From the NCBI GenBank assembly GCA_027296625.1, contig JAPUIX010000183.1:61329-125328 (forward strand): a stretch of 64,000 bases of DNA. The letters run 5' to 3'. Below the pieces are notes generated by a model, which saw only the letters and a list, made by a program, of their open reading frames with translations, ran no database searches and was not told the origin of the DNA. Shown piece by piece: positions 56,444 to 64,000 of this stretch. This DNA is from Gammaproteobacteria bacterium (GTDB lineage Bacteria > Pseudomonadota > Gammaproteobacteria > JAKEHO01). Made by a program: the position numbers and the translations under genes. Position 1 is the first letter of the stretch; every line of letters starts with the position of its first letter.

Positions 56444-57359
56444 CGTAGGTCAGCCATTCGGGGTATTTATCGCGCCGACCATGAACTTGATCGAAGTATA
56501 TCCCCTGCAATTTTTCGCTAATGGGACCGCGCCCCCCATCTCCGATGGTCCGGCCATCGAGTTCTCGGATCGGTGTTACTTCGGCCGCGGTGCCGGTGAA
56601 AAAGGCCTCATCGGCTATATAGACCTCATCGCGCGTGATGCGTTTCTCTGACACCGTTAGACCGATTTCCTCGGCAAGCTTGATAACGGTATCGCGTGTG
56701 ATGCCTTCAAGGGCCGAGGTCGGGTCCGGCGTGATAATTCGCCCGTTGCGAACAATGAAGATGTTCTCGCCGCTACCTTCAGACACATAGCCTTCGGCAT
56801 CCAAGAGCAGCGCCTCGTCGTACCCACAATCGAGTGCTTCCTGCAGCGCAAGCATGGAGTTCATGTAGTTGCCAGTGGCCTTGGCCCTCCACATGGTGCT
56901 ATTCACGTGATGGCGGACATAGGAGGAGGTCTTGATGCGAATGCCGTTCTCGAGTCCATCCGCGCCGAGATAAGCCGCCCATGGCCAGGCCGCTACCATC
57001 ACATGGACCTTGAGATTGTCAGTGCGGATCCCCATGCTTTCGGAGCCGTAGAAACACATGGTGCGAATGTAGCCTGTATCGAGTTTATTCTCGCGCACAG
57101 CGTCATAACATGCGCGATTGATAGTCTCACGATCGAAGGGGATCGCGATCCGTAAGATGTGAGCCGATCGAAACAGCCGTTCTGTGTGGTCTTGAAGGCG
57201 GAAGATGGCAGTGCCTTTGTCCCCTTGGTAGACACGTATTCCCTCAAGCACCCCCATACCGTAATGGAGGGTATGCGTTAGCACGTGGATCTTGGCCTCG
57301 CGCCAAGGAACCATCTCCCCATCCAGCCAGATGACGCCGTCGCGGTCAGCCATCCCCAT
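56433..57359 (-). CDS. ilvE: branched-chain amino acid aminotransferase
   Basis: 308-aa PLP fold-type IV enzyme (GIRVYQGDKGTAIFRL, EGSGENIF). Confidence 0.9.
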   Translation of the reverse strand: MGMADRDGVIWLDGEMVPWREAKIHVLTHTLHYGMGVLEGIRVYQGDKGTAIFRLQDHTERLFRSAHILRIAIPFDRETINRACYDAVRENKLDTGYIRTMCFYGSESMGIRTDNLKVHVMVAAWPWAAYLGADGLENGIRIKTSSYVRHHVNSTMWRAKATGNYMNSMLALQEALDCGYDEALLLDAEGYVSEGSGENIFIVRNGRIITPDPTSALEGITRDTVIKLAEEIGLTVSEKRITRDEVYIADEAFFTGTAAEVTPIRELDGRTIGDGGRGPISEKLQGIYFDQVHGRRDKYPEWLTYVDR

Positions 57360-57431
57360 GTGATGTTCTCCTCGACTCGTTATTCGAATAATCTCTGCCG
57401 GGGGCGCAAGCGGCAGAGTGGTTAGGCGGGG

Positions 57432-57502
57432 CCAGGCAAGTCGCCCCGCCCCTGTTCACGGAAATTTAAGCTGTGGCGAGACTCACCCCCAGGCAAGTCG
57501 CC
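57432..57502. repeat. two direct copies of CCAGGCAAGTCGCC spaced 57 bp apart in the ilvE upstream region
   Basis: Copies are at 57432..57445 and 57489..57502, read directly. A perfect 8-bp-stem hairpin CTCTGCCGggggcgcaagCGGCAGAG lies adjacent at 57393..57418. Confidence 0.5.
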
Positions 57503-57762
57503 TCAAAGCGCCCTATTCCACCATAAATTGCTGGCTCGTGATACCTCCCACCGAATCAACAAGACGGCACAGGCGATCGTTTGCGCTGTAAGCTGAAAGA
57601 ATTTCGCGGTGGAAGAATGAGGCGACAGCGATGGGGGTTCGACGCAATGCGCGCGGTGCAGGAACTAAGTCTGGTTAGCCATTGTGAAAATTCATTCGAT
57701 CTGCCTTGCTGGGACCTTGCGGCCGGGGTTAATAGACTTCAAATATGATTGAATCTTGCTAT

Positions 57763-58575
57763 TTAATCGAACTCGGCTTCGTCCAGCCCCGTAGCGCTGT
57801 CGAGGCCAGTGATTGAATCCTTGCCTTGGATCCCTATAAAGATCGCTTCGTGCAACTTAGCCCCGGCGAGATTCGCGCCACTCAAATTAGCTCCGGTGAA
57901 GTCAGCTTTCCTGAGGTCGCAGTTGGAGAGATCCGCATTGCTGAGATTGGCATTCGTCAACGAGGCAAACTTCATTTCACAACCGGAAAGATCAGCATCA
58001 GTGAGATCCGCCCCTGTCAGATTTGCCTTGACCAGAAAGATCCGCAGCTTACCCATCGGCTGATTCTTCATGTTGGCCCCTGCTCGCGCCTTGACGAGCT
58101 TTGCCCCTTCGAGGTTCGCGCGCTCGACGTTTGCGATGATCCGGGCACCGGATAGATCCGCCCCCTTGAGGTTGGCATCGCCCAGTACCACACCGAAGAG
58201 GCTGGCGTTACGCAAGTTCGCCCCTTCCAGATCGGCGCCACGCATTATCGTGATGTCCATGTTGGAATTCTCGAAGTTCGAGCCCTTAAGTGAGACGTTT
58301 TTCATGTGGGTCCCAAAGAGGTTTGCGCCCTTAAAATCAATCCCGGACATATCCTGGCCTCGAAAATCCTTATTTTGCAGATCCGGGACTTCCCCTGAGG
58401 GAGTGTTGGCGATGATCTCGAGGACTTCCTCACGGGTAATCGGTTGCCAGTCTGTTTCGGTCGCGAAAGTGGCCGGGGATGGCACCACGATTGTCACTAT
58501 CAGGGCAAAGGCCCCGGCGAGGGCGATCTCGCGAAGGACGTCGGGCCCTCGAAAGACAGGTTGACGCTTCATCAT
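57763..58575 (-). CDS. secreted pentapeptide-repeat protein
   Basis: Signal peptide (ALAGAFALIVTIVVPSPATFA) followed by more than 30 tandem A(D/N)LxG-type pentapeptides. Its start codon overlaps the ArsR-family gene stop (ATGA). Confidence 0.8.
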   Translation of the reverse strand: MMKRQPVFRGPDVLREIALAGAFALIVTIVVPSPATFATETDWQPITREEVLEIIANTPSGEVPDLQNKDFRGQDMSGIDFKGANLFGTHMKNVSLKGSNFENSNMDITIMRGADLEGANLRNASLFGVVLGDANLKGADLSGARIIANVERANLEGAKLVKARAGANMKNQPMGKLRIFLVKANLTGADLTDADLSGCEMKFASLTNANLSNADLSNCDLRKADFTGANLSGANLAGAKLHEAIFIGIQGKDSITGLDSATGLDEAEFD

Positions 58576-58934
58576 CGTACGCCTCCTTCATTATCGTTAC
58601 ATTGCTGCTGATATCGACCGCGCACACAGTCGATGATTCCTTTTAATTGCGGCTTCCGAACCGAGTAATAGACGGCTCGGCCCCTGTGTTCACTTTGAAG
58701 CAGGCCCTTTCCCTCCATAAGGCGGAGGTGGCCGCTCGTGGCAGGTTGGGCAAGTCCACACAGGCTTGCAATCTCATCCACGGTGTACTCGCCATGGAAC
58801 AGGATTTCGATCATGCGAAGGCGATTGGGATGGGCTACGCATTTGAGGCATTCGGTGGCCTCTCTCAGAAAATCAAGAGGCAGTAACGCCGTGTCCAGTG
58901 TTTTATTTGTTCCGCGTTTCGCAACCAATGCCAT
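58572..58934 (-). CDS. ArsR/SmtB-family metalloregulatory transcriptional repressor
   Basis: Winged-helix HTH (PNRLRMIEILFHGEYTVDEIASLCGLAQPATSGHLRLM) with an N-terminal CLKC cysteine pair. Confidence 0.8.
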   Translation of the reverse strand: MALVAKRGTNKTLDTALLPLDFLREATECLKCVAHPNRLRMIEILFHGEYTVDEIASLCGLAQPATSGHLRLMEGKGLLQSEHRGRAVYYSVRKPQLKGIIDCVRGRYQQQCNDNEGGVR

Positions 58935-59091
58935 CGAGTGGCCTCCAGTTAATCTCTGTAGGCGGGGGACTTATTTAACTGTCAACATATATCATACATT
59001 CTATATTATGGTAAATCGCAGCAATCCATTGCCTAATAGGCACCCGTTACGGTTATCTGCAAATAGGTTGTTCGATTCGGATCGTGTTTGG

Positions 59092-59793
59092 ATGAGACTC
59101 TTCCGTTTCATGTTGATTGCAAGTGTCGCAGCGAGTCTCCAGGGATGTGAGCGTTCTGATGCAGACTATTTTCCGTTGAATGAAGGACGCTGGTGGCAAT
59201 ATCGGGTGATGGTGAAGACAAAGGATGAACAAAAACAATATAAATATATGGTCGCTAATCTCCCAAGCCACGATTTAGACGGTACTAAGACATTTGTACG
59301 CAGGACCCATGACGGAAGCCTTTTTTTCTATCAAGAAGGGGATGAAGGGATCAATCGTGTTGCTGTGAAGCGGCGGACAGATAGGGAGATCAAACGAGAA
59401 GCGTCAAAGCATTTGATTATTCCCTATCCAACGGAGATTGGCAGCGCATGGGAGTTGGAGACAACAACAACGATTCTGGATAGAAACATTCGGGCGTTTG
59501 AGAGGAAACAATTTACGCTGGTTGTGCCCGTTATGCTGCAGTATACAGTGGAAAGTTTGGATGATACCGTCAGCGTACCCGCCGGTCGATTCGCTCGCTG
59601 TCTGCGTATTCGAGGAATTGGGCATACGCGTGTTAACCCAAACGTAAGTGTGGGTGTGACCGATATTGAGATTGAGATCATTGACTGGTATGCGCCCGGG
59701 GTTGGGCTGGTTAGGACGATTCGCAAGGAAGAGGCAAGCACAGCAGTGCTCGATTCGGGGGAATATTTATTTGAACTCGAGTCACTGAACTAA
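59092..59793 (+). CDS. hypothetical lipoprotein
   Basis: The signal peptide plus lipobox (MRLFRFMLIASVAASLQGC) sets the start inside ORF 58738..59793. GC is about 45%, well below the window average. Confidence 0.55.
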   Translation: MRLFRFMLIASVAASLQGCERSDADYFPLNEGRWWQYRVMVKTKDEQKQYKYMVANLPSHDLDGTKTFVRRTHDGSLFFYQEGDEGINRVAVKRRTDREIKREASKHLIIPYPTEIGSAWELETTTTILDRNIRAFERKQFTLVVPVMLQYTVESLDDTVSVPAGRFARCLRIRGIGHTRVNPNVSVGVTDIEIEIIDWYAPGVGLVRTIRKEEASTAVLDSGEYLFELESLN

Positions 59794-59821
59794 AGTGTGA
59801 TCAAATGGAGCGAGCCAAGCG

Positions 59822-61975
59822 ATGAGTATCAAAAAAGTCTTGCTCGTCACTGCACTTGTTGTTTTGGTATTTAGTGTTTTTGCCTTCGACCTCGGGCAGT
59901 ATTTCAATCTCGAATACTTCAAGTCGAAACAGGTGGCAGTCGACACCTACTACCAGGTCCAACCCGTCAAAACGGCATTCATCTTTTTCTGCGTTTACAT
60001 CGCGGTGACCGGCCTGTCACTACCGGGCGCAGCATTAATGACCCTCGTCGGAGGGGCGATATTTGGTTTGCTGTGGGGGACGGTCATCGTTTCATTTGCC
60101 AGTACCATTGGCGCGACTGTGGCATTCCTTGTGTCGCGTTTCTTGCTGCGTGATGTGGTGCAGAATAAATTTGGCAATCGTTTGAAGACCGTCAACAAGG
60201 AGATCCAGAAAGACGGCGCTTTTTATCTGTTTGCCCTCCGGCTCGTGCCAGCATTTCCGTTTTTTATTATTAATCTGGTTATGGGGCTCACTCCCATGCG
60301 CACGCTTACGTTTTTCATCGTCAGCCAAGCGGGCATGTTGGCTGGCACCATTGTCTACGTGAATGCGGGTACGCAAATTGCGAAAATTGAAACGCTGGTG
60401 GGCGTCCTGTCCCCGGAGCTTGTTGGCTCGTTTGTTTTGTTAGGCATCTTCCCACTCATCGCAAAAAAAACAGTCGAAATTATAAGAGCACGCAGAGTAT
60501 TGCGGCGCTATCAGAAGCCGAAAGCATTCGGTCGCAACATGGTTGTGATCGGCGCAGGGTCGGCGGGTCTTGTGGCCGCCTACATTGGGGCTGCGGTCAA
60601 GGCCAAGGTGACGCTTGTTGAAAAGGACAAAATGGGGGGGGAATGTCTGTATACCGGTTGCGTTCCCTCGAAGGCGCTGATCCGCTCGGCTAAATTCATC
60701 GCCCAAGCGAAGAGGGCCGAGCAGTTTGGATTTAAGGCGGTGAGTGCTGAGTTCGAATTTGCGCGGGTGATGGAGCGTGTTCAGCGGGTCATCAAGACCA
60801 TAGAGCCCCACGACTCAGTGGAGCGCTACACCGAGTTGGGTGTTGAATGTATCCACGGCGAGGCCAAGATCACCTCGCCCTATACGGTGGAAGTGAATGG
60901 CGAGACATTAACGACGCGCAGTATCGTCATTGCCACCGGTGGACAGCCGATTGTGCCACCCATCCCGGGGATCCAGGATGTCGGGTTCCTCACCTCGGAT
61001 ACGGTGTGGGGGATCCGTGAATTGCCGAAACGGCTCGTGGTATTAGGAGGCGGATCGGTTGGTGCTGAATTGACACAAGCCTTTGCGCGTTTCGGCAGCC
61101 AAGTCACGCAAGTTGAGATGGCACCGCGGATCTTGATGCGGGAAGATCCGGAATTCTCGGGGCTGATCGCGGAATGCTTCCGTGGTGAGGGGATCGATGT
61201 GCGTGTTGATTGTCGGGCCAAGGAATGTCGAATTGAAAGCGGCCAGAAAGTGCTGGTGTGTGAATACCAAGGCAAGGATGTCAGTATCGAATTTGACGAA
61301 TTGCTGGTTGCTGTTGGCCGCACAGCAAGTACCCGCGGCTTTGGGCTCGAGGATCTCGGGATCGGGAGCGGTCCTGACGGCACTGTGGACGTGAATGAGT
61401 ATTTGCAAACCATCTATCCGAATATCTATGCGTGTGGTGATGTGGCGGGCCCCTATCAATTTACCCACGTGGCCGCCCATCAGGCGTGGTACGCCGCCAT
61501 CAATGCGTTATTTGGCGGCATCAAGAAATTCAGAGTGAACTACTCGGCGATCCCTTGGGCGACGTTTACGGATCCGGAGATTGCGCGCGTTGGCCTCAAT
61601 GAAGAGGAAGCAAAGGAAAAAGCAATTAATTATGAGGTGAGTACCTACGGCATCGACGACCTGGACCGCGCCATTGCGGATGAAGAGCCGCGCGGTTTGA
61701 TCAAGGTGCTGACCGTGCCGAAAAAGGACAAGATCTTGGGGGTTACGATCGCTTGTGATCATGCGGGTGAGGTGATTGCTGAATATGTGGCGGCCATGCG
61801 TCACGGGATCGGCCTAAACAAGATCCTGGGCACGATCCACGTTTATCCAACCATGGCCGAGGCCAACAAGTATGTGGCTGGCGAGTGGCGACGTGCCCAT
61901 GCGCCGCAGTGTCTGCTGCGTTGGATTGCACGCTACCATGCCTGGCGGCGAAGTGAGTCATTTGCCAGATCTTGA
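59822..61975 (+). CDS. fusion protein: N-terminal DedA/TVP38 (SNARE-associated) membrane domain plus C-terminal class-I FAD/NAD(P)H pyridine-nucleotide-disulfide oxidoreductase
   Basis: Residues 1..~215 are a multi-TM DedA-like module (GLSLPGAALMTLVGGAIFGLLWG). Residues ~240..717 have an FAD GxGxxG (VVIGAGSAGLVAA), the redox-active disulfide GGECLYTGCVPSK and an NAD(P) GxGxxG (VVLGGGSVGAEL). The C-terminal interface His-Glu (HVYPTMAE) is present; there is no C-terminal Cys pair and no NmerA domain. GC is lowered. Confidence 0.8.
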   Translation: MSIKKVLLVTALVVLVFSVFAFDLGQYFNLEYFKSKQVAVDTYYQVQPVKTAFIFFCVYIAVTGLSLPGAALMTLVGGAIFGLLWGTVIVSFASTIGATVAFLVSRFLLRDVVQNKFGNRLKTVNKEIQKDGAFYLFALRLVPAFPFFIINLVMGLTPMRTLTFFIVSQAGMLAGTIVYVNAGTQIAKIETLVGVLSPELVGSFVLLGIFPLIAKKTVEIIRARRVLRRYQKPKAFGRNMVVIGAGSAGLVAAYIGAAVKAKVTLVEKDKMGGECLYTGCVPSKALIRSAKFIAQAKRAEQFGFKAVSAEFEFARVMERVQRVIKTIEPHDSVERYTELGVECIHGEAKITSPYTVEVNGETLTTRSIVIATGGQPIVPPIPGIQDVGFLTSDTVWGIRELPKRLVVLGGGSVGAELTQAFARFGSQVTQVEMAPRILMREDPEFSGLIAECFRGEGIDVRVDCRAKECRIESGQKVLVCEYQGKDVSIEFDELLVAVGRTASTRGFGLEDLGIGSGPDGTVDVNEYLQTIYPNIYACGDVAGPYQFTHVAAHQAWYAAINALFGGIKKFRVNYSAIPWATFTDPEIARVGLNEEEAKEKAINYEVSTYGIDDLDRAIADEEPRGLIKVLTVPKKDKILGVTIACDHAGEVIAEYVAAMRHGIGLNKILGTIHVYPTMAEANKYVAGEWRRAHAPQCLLRWIARYHAWRRSESFARS

Positions 61976-62107
61976 TAGGCCTAATGTGATAGGGATCGCC
62001 GCGCCACGCACGCTTCGAGGAAGTCATGATCTGCTGGGGATTAGCCGTTGCCGGGATCTAAAGTCCGGTGCCTTGCGAGGGCAGGGCGTCTTCGCTATTC
62101 TGCAGTG

Positions 62108-62644
62108 ATGCGTTTGGCATTGTTTTTGATTGGCCTCGCGGTCGTTGTTTTTGTATCGGCCGAGGTGTACGAGTCAGTTGATGCAGAAGGGAATGCCACG
62201 TACTCCGATGAGCCATCGCCGGGCGCGACGCAGATCGATGTGCCAGACGTGCAGACAGTTGCGCCCGATGCGCCAGCGCCACCGCCCCCCACGATAAAGC
62301 CGCTCTCCCCGGCGGAAACGAAAGCCTTTGCGGGTTACCGAGAAGTGAGTCTGGTGATCGCATCGGGTGAAGATCCGACAAGCGTATGGTTAGAAACGGG
62401 TGGCTTGCCAGTGAGTGTTGCGCTAGTGCCAAAACTCCAAGCTCAGCTCGGACATACCCTTGAGTTACTTGTCAACGGCAGAGCCGTCTCCCCACCTGGG
62501 ACCGCCACTACGTTCAAGGTCACTGATCTGGATCCCGGCGCGTACAGCCTCCAGGCGGTGGTACTCAATTCGCATGGTAACGAAATTGCCAGGTCTGCAA
62601 CTGATACCGTGTATGTTCACCACCACAGGCGCCATCATCGTTAG
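62108..62644 (+). CDS. DUF4124 domain protein
   Basis: Signal anchor MRLALFLIGLAVVVFVSA, then the characteristic VYESVDAEGNATYSDEP module and a Pro/Ala linker. Confidence 0.6.
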   Translation: MRLALFLIGLAVVVFVSAEVYESVDAEGNATYSDEPSPGATQIDVPDVQTVAPDAPAPPPPTIKPLSPAETKAFAGYREVSLVIASGEDPTSVWLETGGLPVSVALVPKLQAQLGHTLELLVNGRAVSPPGTATTFKVTDLDPGAYSLQAVVLNSHGNEIARSATDTVYVHHHRRHHR

Positions 62645-62792
62645 CGTCACACCGAGCGCCTCAGCTCAATAAGCAATATCAAGTTTTTAGTTTAACGTCC
62701 TGCTGTGCCCGTGACTGCCTTTCTCCCTTCATCGGTTCGTTTCCGTTTGGCCAAACAGAGCACCGTCGCAAGGGCTATGCTTTCAATCAGCC

Positions 62793-63962
62793 TCATCGCC
62801 TTCTGAGCTGTGCGGCTATGTCGCGGAGAAGGGTCTTGACGGCGAGCTCGGCCCGCTTTCTCACGGCCTCAGCTTTTTCCTTGATGCGCTGCATCTGTGC
62901 TTTTTGTCGTTCCAGGAGCTCGGGCGGAAATTGAATGGCTTCCATTTTGTCATGCTCACGTCGCCACTCCTGTACCTCTCGTTCTAACTGCTTGCGCAAT
63001 TTTTCCTGGTATTTTTGTTGCCTTAATATTTGCTCCTTGCTTGCCTTCTTGGCCGCTTGAGCCTCCTTTTGGATCTGTCTGGCTGCTTCGAGTTGTTTGC
63101 CGGCCTGACTAACCTCGGCTTCCCTCGCATCCATCTCGGCGTGTAGGCGCTTTTCAGCGGCGCGTTGGCGTACGGGATCAGCGGAAAGGCTTTTTCCGCG
63201 TACCCGTGCTGCTTGCTTTTCTGCCTCACGCCATGCGGTCTCTGCCTCTTCTTTAGCGCGCCGTGCCTTTTCTAAAGCATCCTGTATCCTCTGTGCCTCC
63301 AATTTTTGTCTTTCGCGTTCAGCCTGAAGTTTGGCTTTCTCTTCAGCGCGCCTTTGCTCAAGCGCTTCCTTATATTCAGCAATGATCTTTTCAGATTCTT
63401 CTGCTGCGGCTCGGCGTGCGGCTTCGGTGGCATGTTTCTCTTGTCGCGCCTGTTCTAACTCCTGCGTGTGTCGCGCGAACGCGGCCTCAAGCTTTCGGCG
63501 TTCTTCAGTGATATTGATCTTGATCTCCTCGCGAAGCCTTTTTTCAATTGTGAGTTGTTCAAGGTGTTTTCTTTCCAGCTCCTCCCTAATGCTCTGGATC
63601 TTGCCTAGCTCCTCTGCGTTGTGCGCATAGGTAGCCTCTAACTGTGATTTTTCTTCACGTAGCTTTTGCTCCGCTTCTTGCTTAAGCTGTTGTATCTTTT
63701 CTGCTTCTTCCTTGTGCCTTTTGGCGGCATCGGCTTCTGCCTTCCGTTTGGCCTCCTCTATCCCTAATCTAAGGCGCTGTGCTTCCTTGAGGGCTTGGCT
63801 TGCGTGGACGGCCTCTGATTCAATTTTGTTCCGTTCTGAACGAAGTTGGTCGGCTGCACTTTTTTGCGCCATCTGTTTGGCCACTTCGGCTTCGGATTTC
63901 AGTCTCAGGGCTTCTTCAAGTTGCATGGTGGCCTTCGCGAGGTCTGCCTTCAGAGCGGACAC
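62793..63962 (-). CDS. E/K/R/Q/A-rich coiled-coil protein (probably 5'-truncated by the window end)
   Basis: 389 aa of nearly uninterrupted charged heptad-like repeats (AEAAKKAAEEAEKQAA-like). No globular domain was recognised. Confidence 0.5.
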   Translation of the reverse strand: MSALKADLAKATMQLEEALRLKSEAEVAKQMAQKSAADQLRSERNKIESEAVHASQALKEAQRLRLGIEEAKRKAEADAAKRHKEEAEKIQQLKQEAEQKLREEKSQLEATYAHNAEELGKIQSIREELERKHLEQLTIEKRLREEIKINITEERRKLEAAFARHTQELEQARQEKHATEAARRAAAEESEKIIAEYKEALEQRRAEEKAKLQAERERQKLEAQRIQDALEKARRAKEEAETAWREAEKQAARVRGKSLSADPVRQRAAEKRLHAEMDAREAEVSQAGKQLEAARQIQKEAQAAKKASKEQILRQQKYQEKLRKQLEREVQEWRREHDKMEAIQFPPELLERQKAQMQRIKEKAEAVRKRAELAVKTLLRDIAAQLRRR

Positions 63963-64000
63963 GCGAATGTCTGCCTCAAGGGTATCGGGCGTAGGGTTTT

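Noticed and set aside
60880-61480. Minus-strand ORFs of 177 aa and 145 aa inside the DedA-oxidoreductase gene
   Set aside because: They are antisense to a domain-complete oxidoreductase with GxGxxG and CxxxxC motifs in frame. The translations are Ser/Thr/Pro-rich low-complexity.
59822-61975. Calling the fusion protein mercuric reductase MerA
   Set aside because: It has no C-terminal vicinal Cys pair and no N-terminal HMA/NmerA domain, and no merR, merT or merP neighbours. Only generic class-I disulfide reductase features are visible.
62793-63962. Calling the coiled-coil protein TolA
   Set aside because: There is no C-terminal globular TolA domain and no N-terminal TM in the visible part. 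tolQ, tolR, tolB and pal are absent from the neighbourhood.

Overview
The window is an origin-proximal chromosomal segment of a high-GC (about 58%) gammaproteobacterium. Its gene order resembles Pseudomonas. Plus-strand genes run proC-yggT-yggU-metXW, then pyrE; the coaBC-dut-algC-argB-slmA block is on the minus strand, followed by rpmB-rpmG. A full aa3/caa3-type cytochrome c oxidase and biogenesis cluster follows (coxBA-ctaG-coxC, SURF1, SCO-like, ctaA, ctaB). After it come bioBFHCD and then the replication-origin neighbourhood: gyrB, dnaN and dnaA on the minus strand, and rpmH-rnpA-yidD-yidC-mnmE on the plus strand. recF is absent from this block. The dnaA-dnaN intergenic spacer is AT-rich with perfect DnaA boxes and GATC sites, and is the best oriC/DUE candidate. 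No tRNA, rRNA, CRISPR array, transposase or integrase was recognised. The most unusual part is a lower-GC islet at about 57.4-62.7 kb. It encodes an ArsR-family repressor translationally coupled to a secreted pentapeptide-repeat protein. Divergently transcribed from these are a lipoprotein, a DedA/TVP38 membrane domain fused to a class-I FAD/NAD(P)H disulfide oxidoreductase, and a DUF4124 protein. Other points worth a second look are an algC ORF with a roughly 375-aa membrane/periplasmic N-terminal extension, a GldA/F/G-like ABC cluster with a DUF4340 partner, an orphan hydantoinase-A gene, a 37-aa single-TM ORF inside the cox cluster, and several conspicuous inverted or direct repeats in regulatory spacers (rpoH, gyrB and ilvE upstream regions).
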